Shown piece after piece: positions 34,192-44,700 of a DNA stretch of 64,000 nucleotides (positions are counted from its first letter, which is position 1; every line of letters begins with the position of its first letter). Source of the DNA: a virus. The stretch is from positions 32,001 to 96,000 of IMG/VR virus record IMGVR_UViG_3300037346_000220, one strand, 5' to 3'. A program made the position numbers and the translations under genes. The notes below the pieces were generated by a model. It did no database searches and was not told where the DNA came from. It worked only from the letters and a program-made list of their open reading frames with translations.

Positions 34192-35559
34192 ATGACTATT
34201 TTAAAAGCACAGTGGGATTCAGACGGCGATAAGCTGCGACTTTCAATGCCCTTTTCCAAGGTTGATAAAGAGCGTAGAATTGTGTCTGGGTTTGCCACTT
34301 TAGACAACGTAGACAAGCAAGATGACATAGTCACTGCCGATGCCAGCCTCGACGCATTTAAAAGATTTCGTGGGAATATTAGAGAGATGCACCAGCCACT
34401 AGCAGTTGGCAAGATGGTAGCTTTTAAAGAAGACAAATACTTTGACCCAGAAAGCAACAAGTTCTTTTCTGGAGTTTACGTTTCTGCTTACGTATCTAAG
34501 GGTGCACAAGACACTTGGGAAAAGGTTCTAGACGGAACCCTTTCTGGTTTTTCCATTGGTGGGAGAATGAACAAGTGGGACGACGCTTATGATGCAAAGA
34601 TGGACAAGCCTATTCGTATTATTAAAGAGTACGACTTAGTAGAGCTCTCCTTGGTAGATACCCCAGCAAACCAGTTTGCAAACATTCTGTCCGTTGAAAA
34701 AGTAGACGGAGCTGACGTTCTTAAAGGCGATTTTGTAGACATCGAGATAGAAAATGTCTTCTACGATGAAGAGTCTGGACTCGTTGTTCTCTCAACAGAA
34801 GAGACAGCTCAAACCCCTATTGATGGTTCTGAAATGAAGAACATAGGTTTCGTTGAAAAGAATGATAACGAAAAAACAGAAATGATGAAGTTCTTAGTTG
34901 ATAGTGCTAAAGGCATTAATCTTTCTAAGATGACAAAGGAGGTAAGTCCTATGACTGACAAAATGAATGAGGTAGCAGAAGCTGCCGTAACAAAGTCAGA
35001 TGAGGTCGCTCCAGAGGCAGATGCCCTAGTAGAAGCAGTAGCTACAGAAGATGTAGCAAAAGCAGACACACCAGAGGTTGCAAAGACAGAGAACATGGAA
35101 GAAGACGAAGAAAAGTCTTACTCAGATGATGAGGAAGAAAAGAAGAAGTCTGAAACTATGGATGAGGAAGAAGAAGAAATCAAGACTGCAAAGTCAGATT
35201 CTCCAGAAGCCACTGTTGAAGTAACTGAAGAGGTATCAAAATCAGATGATGTATCAAGTGGGATAGCAGAGCTAACTTCTACAGTTACATCAGCCTTTAG
35301 CGATCTGACAGCAGTCGTAAAATCTCTAAATGAGGAGATTGCTGATCTGAAGAAATCACTAGGCCTAGCAACTGCAAAACTTGAGGATGCAGAAGTTGGT
35401 TTTAATGAGCTTGGGAAGAGGGTAGACGCAGTTGAGTCTGACACCGCTTTCCGCAAATCTGGCGATCTCGGCGAGATTGTACAGGAAACTCAGATGGAAA
35501 AATCTGAGCAATCCCTATGGGGCGGTCGTTTCCTCAAAACTGCCGATTTATTTAAATGA
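34192..35559 (+). CDS. HK97-type prohead protease fused to acidic scaffold
   Basis: REMH, GFSIGG, ELSLVD.PAN; Glu/Lys-rich coiled C-terminal half. Confidence 0.88.
   Translation: MTILKAQWDSDGDKLRLSMPFSKVDKERRIVSGFATLDNVDKQDDIVTADASLDAFKRFRGNIREMHQPLAVGKMVAFKEDKYFDPESNKFFSGVYVSAYVSKGAQDTWEKVLDGTLSGFSIGGRMNKWDDAYDAKMDKPIRIIKEYDLVELSLVDTPANQFANILSVEKVDGADVLKGDFVDIEIENVFYDEESGLVVLSTEETAQTPIDGSEMKNIGFVEKNDNEKTEMMKFLVDSAKGINLSKMTKEVSPMTDKMNEVAEAAVTKSDEVAPEADALVEAVATEDVAKADTPEVAKTENMEEDEEKSYSDDEEEKKKSETMDEEEEEIKTAKSDSPEATVEVTEEVSKSDDVSSGIAELTSTVTSAFSDLTAVVKSLNEEIADLKKSLGLATAKLEDAEVGFNELGKRVDAVESDTAFRKSGDLGEIVQETQMEKSEQSLWGGRFLKTADLFK
34951..35559 (+). CDS. probable nested in-frame scaffolding protein
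   Basis: AAGGAGGT 7 nt before in-frame ATG 34951. Confidence 0.6.
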   Translation: MTDKMNEVAEAAVTKSDEVAPEADALVEAVATEDVAKADTPEVAKTENMEEDEEKSYSDDEEEKKKSETMDEEEEEIKTAKSDSPEATVEVTEEVSKSDDVSSGIAELTSTVTSAFSDLTAVVKSLNEEIADLKKSLGLATAKLEDAEVGFNELGKRVDAVESDTAFRKSGDLGEIVQETQMEKSEQSLWGGRFLKTADLFK

Positions 35560-35591
35560 ATAAACTAAACAATCACTTAGGAGGTGACAAT

Positions 35592-36713
35592 ATGTCGGAA
35601 GAAATTATCAAGAACAACCCAGACACAGCTGGCGACGACTCAGGACTATATAACGGAGAAGGTGCTTTTGCTTCTGGAGGTATTGGTGGAGTAACTACTC
35701 CTGGAGCTTCAACTCTAGGAAATATTCCAACTGCAAACATGGGAGTAACAAGCGGTGGTAATGCCGTCAACCCTTCTGGTGATGCTGGTAGTGGTATCCT
35801 ACGCCCTGAACAGGCACGTCGTTTTATTGACTACGTATGGGATGCAACAGTTCTCGCCAAGGATGGTCGTCGTGTTACAATGCGAGCGAACACCATGGAG
35901 CTAGAAAAGGTTAATGTTGGAGAGCGTGTTATCCGTGCAGCAGCACAGGCAACTGGCGACTACAACAACACAGGCGCTACCTTTACAAAGGTAGAGCTAA
36001 CCACAAAGAAGATTCGTTTGGACTGGGAAGTCTCTGCTGAATCACTAGAGGATGGAGTCGAGGGCGCAGCCCTAGAGGATCACCTAGTACGTCTAATGAC
36101 AGGTGCTTTTGCAAATGACATCGAGGACCTAGCCATCAACGGCGACGGTACTACTGGTGACTTCTTGTCAATCATGGACGGGTTCGTAAACAGGTCTAAG
36201 ACTGGTGGAGCACACGAGTCAATAGTTACTGTAGAGAACAACTCATGGACCCCAGAGGTCATGCAGAACCTTATCCTGGCTATGCCACGTAAGTACCGTG
36301 CTATCAAGAACAACCTAAAGTTCTATGCAGGTACAGACGCATTCCAGGGTATCGTTAAGAACAACGGAACACTTGCAGACGCTATTGCTGAGGCCTTCGG
36401 ATCTCACCCAGGCGCTGCTGGTACTCCATCGGGACGTGACCGTTACCTAGACGGCGCAGACCAGACATTCGGTGGAGCTCGCTCTACCCGTGTTCTTGGT
36501 GTGCAGGTACAAGAAGTACCTTACTACCCAGCTGGCTTCGTTGATCTAACCTTCCCACAGAACCGTGTTTGGGGTTTCCAGAGAGACATCACTGTAAACC
36601 GTGAGTACAAGGCTAAGAAGGACACCATTGAGTACACCGTATTCGTACGTTTCGGTATTCAGTGGGAAGAAGAGGACGCAATTGCTTGGGCTGACGCTGC
36701 AGCAGATGCATAA
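35592..36713 (+). CDS. major capsid protein (HK97 fold)
   Basis: G.L.PEQA.RFID, D.EDLAINGD; AGGAGGT RBS fixes start at 35592. Confidence 0.9.
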   Translation: MSEEIIKNNPDTAGDDSGLYNGEGAFASGGIGGVTTPGASTLGNIPTANMGVTSGGNAVNPSGDAGSGILRPEQARRFIDYVWDATVLAKDGRRVTMRANTMELEKVNVGERVIRAAAQATGDYNNTGATFTKVELTTKKIRLDWEVSAESLEDGVEGAALEDHLVRLMTGAFANDIEDLAINGDGTTGDFLSIMDGFVNRSKTGGAHESIVTVENNSWTPEVMQNLILAMPRKYRAIKNNLKFYAGTDAFQGIVKNNGTLADAIAEAFGSHPGAAGTPSGRDRYLDGADQTFGGARSTRVLGVQVQEVPYYPAGFVDLTFPQNRVWGFQRDITVNREYKAKKDTIEYTVFVRFGIQWEEEDAIAWADAAADA

Positions 36714-36732
36714 TCTATAACTAAATAACCTT

Positions 36733-36771
36733 AAGGGGGGCTGGGGCATCTCGCCCTGGCCCTCTTTTTTT
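36733..36771 (+). terminator. intrinsic terminator after MCP
   Basis: GC-rich hairpin plus T run. Confidence 0.8.
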
Positions 36772-36819
36772 ACTTAATTCAGTGATATAATTATCATATA
36801 GAAAGCAAAGGAGAATCAA

Positions 36820-37308
36820 ATGTCAGATTTCAAAGAACACGCCCGTGACGGCGACGGAGACGGTCTAGTTCAGGACGGTACAGAATGGGAACGTCCAGTG
36901 GCAGAAGAGGCAGAAGAGGCTCAAAAAGAGTCAGAAGCTGAACTGTTCGCAGAAGAGCTAGGAATTGAGGCTTCTGTTTCAGAAGCTGTAGAGGAAGAGT
37001 CAGTAATCAGTACTCCTACTTATAAGTCAGATAAGGGCTCAAAAAAGAAAGCTATGACTTCAGTAGCTGACGGAGTAATTGGAACCGACGTTCCGTCAAA
37101 GCCAAAAGCCAAGGTTACCAACCAGGTAAAGAACATTACAGACAAGACAGTAGCTATCTACTCTGGTCGTAATGTCCGCTGGGAAGGTGTTGGAAAGATC
37201 AACAAGGGTTACAACATCTTAGACCCTGAGACTGCAGATCTATGGATCGGTAAGCTGTCTCACGTTAGACTTGCTACTCCAGAAGAGGTTTCTAGGGAAC
37301 TAGGCTAA
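36820..37308 (+). CDS. hypothetical head-associated protein (DGDGDG.VQDGT.WER)
   Basis: ORF track; own promoter and AAGGAG RBS. Confidence 0.7.
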   Translation: MSDFKEHARDGDGDGLVQDGTEWERPVAEEAEEAQKESEAELFAEELGIEASVSEAVEEESVISTPTYKSDKGSKKKAMTSVADGVIGTDVPSKPKAKVTNQVKNITDKTVAIYSGRNVRWEGVGKINKGYNILDPETADLWIGKLSHVRLATPEEVSRELG

Positions 37309-37312
37309 CCTC

Positions 37313-38200
37313 ATGGAGATATTGAGGGTTCCACCATATAACACCATTAGTGCATCGATAGATGTCTCTGTCGCAGGAGATTCCTACGAGGTGTCTATTA
37401 TTAATATGGTGGACTCCTCTTTATCAACAGTCACAGTAGTAGCATCAGCAAATTCAAAAGTTGCTATTCCGCTACCTTCAGACTATGACTCAGAGTTTTT
37501 GTTACAGATAGATGAAGAAGAGCACCAAGTAGAAGTTACAAGACCATACGTAAACCCCAAGACTAAAGCCGACACCGCATCAGCAATCGCAGAGTATGCA
37601 GGTAACGAAGAGATCGCAAGAGCAATAATTGACTCGATCATAAAAGAAGGATTCTATTACAAAAAGCATGTTCTAGAGATGATAGGAATGGGTTCAGACT
37701 ACTTGCCTATATGGGTAGAGTCAAGAAAAGTTTTGCAGGTGTACGAGAACAACGTTCTTATCTTTGATGCCTCTGCCCCCTCCTCATACTCCAGAGCATT
37801 TGCAATCTCTGCAGATAAGACATCGGTCATAGAAACTACTTATGACGCTGGAAGCGTAAATCGTTTAGAAAGTGCGGTAATCATGATCCCACTAGCAGCT
37901 ACAGACTCCAACCACATGACATATTACAACAGTGGCTTTGTTAAGAATTCAGACTATAAGGTTATCTTGGCAGCAGGATACAAAAACGTACCATCAGACA
38001 TCGTAAAAGCCACCGAGCTTTTAGTAGAGGATATTTCGTGTGGCAAGTTGGACTATTACAAAAGGTACATATCAGATTACAGCACTGACCAGTTTAAGAT
38101 AAAGTTTGATAACCGAGTATTCGAAGGAACAGGAAACATAATGGTAGATAAAATACTTTCAAAGTATTACAAGTCTATCACTAGACTAGGGGTCCTGTAG
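37313..38200 (+). CDS. head-tail adaptor
   Basis: Position; GY..VP.DI..A, TGN..VD.IL..Y. Confidence 0.7.
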   Translation: MEILRVPPYNTISASIDVSVAGDSYEVSIINMVDSSLSTVTVVASANSKVAIPLPSDYDSEFLLQIDEEEHQVEVTRPYVNPKTKADTASAIAEYAGNEEIARAIIDSIIKEGFYYKKHVLEMIGMGSDYLPIWVESRKVLQVYENNVLIFDASAPSSYSRAFAISADKTSVIETTYDAGSVNRLESAVIMIPLAATDSNHMTYYNSGFVKNSDYKVILAAGYKNVPSDIVKATELLVEDISCGKLDYYKRYISDYSTDQFKIKFDNRVFEGTGNIMVDKILSKYYKSITRLGVL

Positions 38201-38201
38201 C

Positions 38202-38651
38202 ATGTCCGTAAATGAGACCCCAGATTTCTTGTACCCCACATTGGCAACAGTTTTCTACCCCTTAGTTGAGCAGGGGGCCTACGGAAACATTAAGAAACAG
38301 TGGATAGCCGACAGGATAGTTGCTGTGAGCATGAACAGCCAGGGATCTGCCATGAGCGAGGATGTCAAGCCAAACGTAAACATCACCCAAGAAGTTACCC
38401 TCGTGGGAAGAACGAAGACAGACCTGAGAGTCTCCAGTAAGCTTGCAAAGACTTCAATAACAAACATCGTAGTTAGTAATTTTTGTGACAAGAATGGGAA
38501 TCAGATCTATATCGAGACAGCAGGCATTAGGATAGGGAAGTCAACCATATTTGAGGTAGCTGGTCAAGAGCCATTCCTAGGACCTTTCGGCAACGTAGAG
38601 TATTACAAGGTTATGCTTAAAAGATCTGAGAACCAGTCAGTAGATATTTAA
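38202..38651 (+). CDS. head closure/stopper protein
   Basis: Synteny and size. Confidence 0.55.
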   Translation: MSVNETPDFLYPTLATVFYPLVEQGAYGNIKKQWIADRIVAVSMNSQGSAMSEDVKPNVNITQEVTLVGRTKTDLRVSSKLAKTSITNIVVSNFCDKNGNQIYIETAGIRIGKSTIFEVAGQEPFLGPFGNVEYYKVMLKRSENQSVDI

Positions 38652-39329
38652 ATGAAAGTCTCGTATAACACGGCAAAGTTTGCCAGAGAGATGAATAACA
38701 TCATAGACTACTCCATAGGCTTTCTCGAGGGTGCCCAAAAGGGAAAGACCATGTTCCTGAGGAACCTAGGAGAGAACGCCACAGAGATAATGAAAGAGTT
38801 CGTGGACTCAAGTGCTAGGATAAATCCAGAGTCTCTTCACCACGTATATGAGTGGTACAAGAACGGCAGCCCAGAAGCCAGACTCTTTGATATAAACTAT
38901 ACAGTTAGTAACTTGGGACTCTCTTTTAAGTCATCACTTAGCCAGTCTTCATCAGTAAAAGCTGGATCGAAAGTACCATTTTATGACAAGGCGAGAATCA
39001 TGGAAGAGGGTATTCCTGTTACCATAAGGCCCGTTTCATCTCAAGTTCTAGTTTTTGACGTGGATGGAGAGACTGTGTTTACAAAAAAAGAAATCAGAGT
39101 AGAAAATCCAGGTGGAGTAGAAGTCCAAGGATCTTTGGAAAGAACGCTAGACATGTTTATGAGACAATACTTTACTCAAGCATTCCTGTATAATAGTGGT
39201 ATAGCAAAACACTTTAGCAATGGCACCATGTTTAAGAATAACATGAGATCGGGCAAGAGTCTAGGTAAGCCAAAAGGTATTGAGACAGGCTATCGCTGGA
39301 TCGTTAACGTATCAAAGGGAGCTCTATAA
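38652..39329 (+). CDS. neck / tail-completion protein
   Basis: Synteny; KA..MEEG...I.P motif. Confidence 0.55.
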   Translation: MKVSYNTAKFAREMNNIIDYSIGFLEGAQKGKTMFLRNLGENATEIMKEFVDSSARINPESLHHVYEWYKNGSPEARLFDINYTVSNLGLSFKSSLSQSSSVKAGSKVPFYDKARIMEEGIPVTIRPVSSQVLVFDVDGETVFTKKEIRVENPGGVEVQGSLERTLDMFMRQYFTQAFLYNSGIAKHFSNGTMFKNNMRSGKSLGKPKGIETGYRWIVNVSKGAL

Positions 39330-39886
39330 TGACAATTTTTTATCCACCAGCTTTTATTAATGGATACATGAAAGAAAAGATTACGGATTACTTTTCTGAG
39401 AATCCCCTCAACGGGTTTACGGGTGACACTAACCTGCCCTTCTTCCCCACCAGTCCTACAGCTATAGAAGACTTGACAGCAAGCTTCCCAAATGGTGGTG
39501 GGCAGTTCGCAGTCTACGATAGAATGATGAAAATGAGAAGGTCCCCATTCCCACACATCAAGTCAGAGCAGCTGCTTTATTACTTCTATGCAACTGGAGA
39601 AAATCCCATTCCGTTCATGATCGAGCTAGCTCAAAAGGTTCAAGACCTTCTAGACAATGAGGATGAGTCTGCTCAAGATCTTAATGCTTGGATAAAAGCA
39701 AAGCAGTCTTCAGCATCACCTCTAGTCGATGATTCAGGAACCCCACTCCCCCTTCCATTCTTTCACAAGATAAAAATTTACCAGCTTGAAGAGAGCAGAG
39801 ACATTGTTGATTTTGGCACAGCCAGAACCTTTGCAGGTAATAAAATAATTATTGACTATGACTGGCATAAGAGTAGTTCTTCATAA
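39329..39886 (+). CDS. tail terminator-like protein
   Basis: Synteny, just upstream of major tail gene. Confidence 0.5.
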   Translation: MTIFYPPAFINGYMKEKITDYFSENPLNGFTGDTNLPFFPTSPTAIEDLTASFPNGGGQFAVYDRMMKMRRSPFPHIKSEQLLYYFYATGENPIPFMIELAQKVQDLLDNEDESAQDLNAWIKAKQSSASPLVDDSGTPLPLPFFHKIKIYQLEESRDIVDFGTARTFAGNKIIIDYDWHKSSSS

Positions 39887-39957
39887 ACCTCTGGTATAAT
39901 TGTAATTGAGGAAACAAACGCCCTTTCTATCTATTAAGAAAAAGAGGTGAAAGAAAT

Positions 39958-40605
39958 ATGGCATATACACGTGGTACGAGTGCAAACATCATTGTTGGTG
40001 CAGCAGCTCTATTTACATACGAACTTGGCGAGTTGAATGACGCAGCCATGCCAGCCTACGTTGATAACGAATCCCTAAAGGATACGCTTGAGGCAGATGC
40101 TGACTTCCGAAATGTTGGTTACACCAGCAACGGACTGGAGCTACAGTTCCAGCCAGACTTCGGAGAAGTAAGCGTTGACCAGGTACTAGACGTTGCAAAA
40201 CTTTACAAGCAGGGTATGCAGGTTAACCTGAATACATCGTTTGCAGAGGCAACACTAGAGAACCTACTGTTTGCAGTAGCTGGACAGGATGACGACCTAG
40301 TCGACGTAGTCGGCACAGGTGGAACATCTTCCACACTAAGCACCCTAAACCTGTCCGCAGGTGACATCGGTGAGTGTCCAGTAGAGCGTGGTTTGGTTGC
40401 TGTTGGTCCAGGTACAGGAGACTGTGCTGCTGGTTCAGCAATTGAGCGAGTCTATGTTGCATACCGTGCACTCTCAATCGAGAGCGTTACAGTATCAGCT
40501 AAGCGTGACGAAGCAACAATGTTTGAGGTAAGCTTCCGCTTGCTACCAAACAACGCTGCATCATACGGAAAGATCGTTGACCGCACACTAGAAATGCCTG
40601 CGTAA
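39958..40605 (+). CDS. major tail (tube) protein
   Basis: NIIVGAA, VGYT..G.E....P....V.VDQ, T..AEATLENL. Confidence 0.85.
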   Translation: MAYTRGTSANIIVGAAALFTYELGELNDAAMPAYVDNESLKDTLEADADFRNVGYTSNGLELQFQPDFGEVSVDQVLDVAKLYKQGMQVNLNTSFAEATLENLLFAVAGQDDDLVDVVGTGGTSSTLSTLNLSAGDIGECPVERGLVAVGPGTGDCAAGSAIERVYVAYRALSIESVTVSAKRDEATMFEVSFRLLPNNAASYGKIVDRTLEMPA

Positions 40606-40630
40606 GCAGACCAAAAGATTAGTTAGATTT

Positions 40631-40662
40631 CCCCCTAGTGTAATGCTAGGGGGTTTTCTTTT
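40631..40662 (+). terminator. intrinsic terminator after major tail gene
   Basis: CCCCCTAG...CTAGGGGG plus T-rich tail. Confidence 0.75.
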
Positions 40663-40676
40663 GCTATAATAGAAGC

Positions 40677-41369
40677 ATGGCAACTAGAGTATATAATTCA
40701 GGATACGTCTACACAGTAGACGGGGTAGAGATTTACGTAACCCCACTTAAAATAAAGTTTCTCCGTGACTTCATGGTTGAGTTCGCAGAGGTAAGGACTT
40801 CTAAGGGGGCTAACGATGATGTAGCTCTTAAGCATCTCATAGAGTGCATAAGAATATCTATGAGACAGTACTGCCCCTCAATAAAGACATCCGAAGAAGT
40901 CGAGGACAACTTTGATGTTCAAACTCTTTACGAAATACTCAATTACGCAGCAGACATCAGTCTGAGTACAGAAAAGCCTGAGCCAATATCTGATCAGGCT
41001 AAAGAGTCAGAAGCAAGCTGGGAAACTTTTGACCTTGCCAGTCTAGAGGCAGAAGCTTTTCTTCTGGGAATTTGGAAAGACTATGCGGAGTTGGAGAGTT
41101 CTATTTCCTTGCCAGAACTAAGTAAGACCATAGAGATGAAGAGAGAGCTTGACTACGCAGAGAAGAAGTTCTTGGCAGCTATGCAGGGTGTTGACCTGGA
41201 TGAGCAGACGGGTAAGAAAGAGGCTAACGCATGGGAAGAGATGAAGGCCAGAGTATTCTCACGTGGAAAGACCTCAGACCCTGACGATATTATAGCCTTA
41301 CAGGGAAACAACGCTGCAAAGGCTGGTTTCGGTATAGGTATGGGCCTGTCGTATGAGAAGATCGGATAA
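40677..41369 (+). CDS. tail assembly chaperone, long (GT-like) form
   Basis: N-terminal half homologous to 41433..41747; position between MTP and TMP. Confidence 0.7.
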   Translation: MATRVYNSGYVYTVDGVEIYVTPLKIKFLRDFMVEFAEVRTSKGANDDVALKHLIECIRISMRQYCPSIKTSEEVEDNFDVQTLYEILNYAADISLSTEKPEPISDQAKESEASWETFDLASLEAEAFLLGIWKDYAELESSISLPELSKTIEMKRELDYAEKKFLAAMQGVDLDEQTGKKEANAWEEMKARVFSRGKTSDPDDIIALQGNNAAKAGFGIGMGLSYEKIG

Positions 41370-41432
41370 TCCGTCCCCTAACTATGCTATAATTGTGTAG
41401 ACTAATAAAGGTCTATGGAGAGGTAAACACAA

Positions 41433-41747
41433 ATGGCTACAACAACTATCGGGCAAACCGAGATCGAACTAATGGATGGAACTAAGCTAACCGTTCGTCC
41501 CCTAAAGGTTTCACTGCTACGCTCATTTTTGAAGAAGTTTGGAGAAATTTCTGAGGTTGCTACAGACAATGACAAGTCAATGGACATTCTTATGGAGTGT
41601 GTGCAGATTGCAATGCGTCAGTACAAGCCAGAAATTGCGGATGATCTAAAGGCTCTTGAAGAGAACCTAGATCTTCCAACTGTTTACAAGGTGGTAGAAG
41701 CAGCATCAGGCATAGTCCTAGATGATGCCAATGTTCTTGCAACATAA
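41433..41747 (+). CDS. tail assembly chaperone, short (G-like) form
   Basis: PLK...LR.F...F...EC..I.MRQY.P.I...E.N.D..T.Y. Confidence 0.7.
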   Translation: MATTTIGQTEIELMDGTKLTVRPLKVSLLRSFLKKFGEISEVATDNDKSMDILMECVQIAMRQYKPEIADDLKALEENLDLPTVYKVVEAASGIVLDDANVLAT

Positions 41748-41770
41748 TAATTAACACGAGGTGCTAGTGA

Positions 41771-44700
41771 ATGGCTGATTTCGAAGCTAAATTCGGCGTA
41801 AACATAGATACAACGGCAGCTCTTGCATCGATTAAGCAACTTCAGTCTCAAATATCAACCTTTCATCGGCAGCTTGCAAAGGGGTCGGCAGTCAACACTG
41901 CTAGCCAACAGAACCTACAACGTAACTTAATATCCGACATAAACTCATCTGGTAAGTTTAATGCCAGTATGCAAAGAGTGCATTCCACCACAGAGAACTT
42001 CACGAATGCTCTTGAGAAAAACAAGCTGTCTATGGGGCAGTACTTTAGATACGCTGGTGGGGCATCTAAAACCTTTGGTCGTAAATTCATTAGTGAGTTT
42101 AACACCATAAACAAGGTAGCACGAGAACGTGTAAAAACCCTGCAGACCCAATACATTGCCATGGGTCGAGACGCTAATGGGGCACTACAATCTATAGCAG
42201 TCAGACCTTTGAGTCTGGACATGAACAATCTCGCCACTAAAACAGCTATAGCAGCCCAGAAGCAACAAATCTTTAACCAACTGCTTAGGCAGGGGTCTAC
42301 CAACCTACTGAACTTCGGAAAGAATACTCAGTGGGCTGGTAGACAGCTTATGGTTGGTTTTACTATTCCTCTAGCAATCTTCGGATCCATGGCTGGTAAA
42401 ACATTCATGAAGGTCGAAGAAGAAGCTATTAGATTTAGGCGTGTATACGGAGAGCTCTTCACCCCACCAGAAGAAGCCAACGCCATGATTGACCAGCTTA
42501 AAGAGTTGGCCTCAGAGTTTACCCAGTATGGAGTATCCCTAGAATCAACCCTGGCACTAGCCTCAGACGTAGCTGCCATGGGTAAGACAGGGGCAGACCT
42601 AATGGCCCAAGTATCAGAAGCTACAAGGCTGTCCGTGCTGGGATCTGTGGATCAAGCAAAAGCCCTAGAGGCTACGATCTCTGTAACAAACGCTTTCGGA
42701 ATCTCGGCAGAAGACTTAGCAGGAAAGATAGACTTTCTTAACGCTGTAGAGAACCAGACAGTGACGGCCATTGAAGACTTAACCATAGCTATTCCAAAAG
42801 CTGGTCCAGTTATCCAACAGCTTGGTGGAAGCGTAGAAGACCTAGCCTACTTCTTGACCGCCATGAAAGAGGGTGGCATCAATGCCTCAGAAGGAGCTAA
42901 CGCTCTAAAGTCGGGTCTTGCCAGAATAATTAACCCAACCATGAAAGCATCAGAAATGATGAAGGGTCTGGGAATTAACATTAATGGTATTGTTGAGGGC
43001 AACGCAGGAGACATAAAGACAACCGTAACAGAGCTTGCTTTTGCGCTAGATGAATTGCAGCCTTTGCAAAGATCGAGAGCTATTGAAGAACTTTTTGGAA
43101 AGTTTCAGTTCGCAAGAATCTCAACCCTATTCCAGAACATAACAAAAGAGGGTAGCCAGGCAGCAAGGGTTCTAGATTTAACTAGAGCTTCAACTCAAGA
43201 GCTTGCAAACCTATCTTCCAAAGAGCTTGGAGCTGTTTCAGAGTCAACCACCTTCGCATTCAAGAAGGCTTTTGAGGACTTGAGGATTGCAATTGCTCCT
43301 ATTGGAGAGCAATTCATCAAAGCAGCCACACCTATTATTCAGTTTGCTACTAAACTTCTTAGCCAATTCGATAAGATGGGTGACGGAGCAAAGAACTTTG
43401 TCGTAATCTTAACAGCTGTCCTGGGACTAATAGCACCCGTAGCTCTGATGACGTTTGGTCTTCTTGCTAACGGCGCAGCAAACATTCTTAAAGGTTTTGC
43501 AGCTCTAAGAACTATGTTCCTAAGAACAGCTCAGGACACCAGCGTACTGGGAAGCCAAACTCAGTACCTGACACAGGAGCAACTGATAGCCAACGCAGCA
43601 TCAGCATCTCTTGAGCAGTCACACATGAGGCTAACTCAGCAGTTCACATCCGAGACTACAGCTGTATCCCTATTGACAGCAGCATACGAAAAAGCAGCTC
43701 TCGCTGCATCAAGGCTAACAGCAGTTCGTCCCATGCCAACATCCATCGGAAAAGGTGCGGTCAAAGGATACGCTTCTGGTGGAATAATCTCAGGTGAGGG
43801 AACAGGGACTTCAGACTCTATCTTGGCGCAGGTCTCTAATGGAGAAGCTATCATACCAGCCAAGGTAGTAAGCAAGAATCCAGGATTTTTTGCTAAGCTT
43901 ATTTCAGGAGGAATCCCAGGATTTGCTAAAGGCGGAATTCTCGGAGGTAAGGTCAACGTCGGAGGCAAAGAGTATGGTGTCCCAGATGGAAGAAGTTCAG
44001 GAGCCATGCAGTCCAGAATACAAGGTCTCGCCGATGCAGGGACATCCCTTGACTCCCTGACCTCTGTTATGGATAAGCTAGAGGCCCAATCAAAATTAAC
44101 CGCAGCAGCCCTTAAAGCAGAGGTCAGAGCCAGAGGCCTGTCTCCAAAAGGTGGCCCAAGCGAGGTACAGAGAGCTCACCTTACCCTGCCTACAAAAAAT
44201 GCAGACGGATCTATGGGTCTTTCTGGTCTAACCAGAGAAATGTCCAGAGAGCAAAACATAGCACTTAGGACTGGGCAGAATAAGGATCAGTTCTTAAAAG
44301 AGTATTCTTCAAGAAAAGGTGGCCTGACCGCTGCAGGAGAAGCTGGCATGCGACAGACGGGAGCCCTAGGACCCAGGGAATCTATGTCTTCGGATATGGT
44401 AGCTACCATGCAACAGCTTGATGACGAAATAGGAAAGTTAGCCCACGAGCTCTCTGTAGACGGTTTAGTATCTGACGCCGAGCTAGCAAAAGCTGCAGAC
44501 ATCGTAATCAGAAAAGCAGAGTCTAAGTCAGGGAATACGGGAACTGCAGGCAGTGCTCTAAGAGAAAGACAAAAAGCCCAAGTAGCTACTAGGTCAGCAA
44601 TATCATCAAAGATGAATGCGGAAAACATTAGGTCTGGAAAAACTTCTCTTCGAGGTAATGGTGTCACTCTCGTTGATTCAAATGGAGCAGTTCAAGGCAA

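Noticed and set aside
40677-41747. Programmed -1 frameshift joining tail chaperone ORFs
   Set aside because: ORFs are separated by 63 nt containing a promoter and RBS, and the long form is already a single frame
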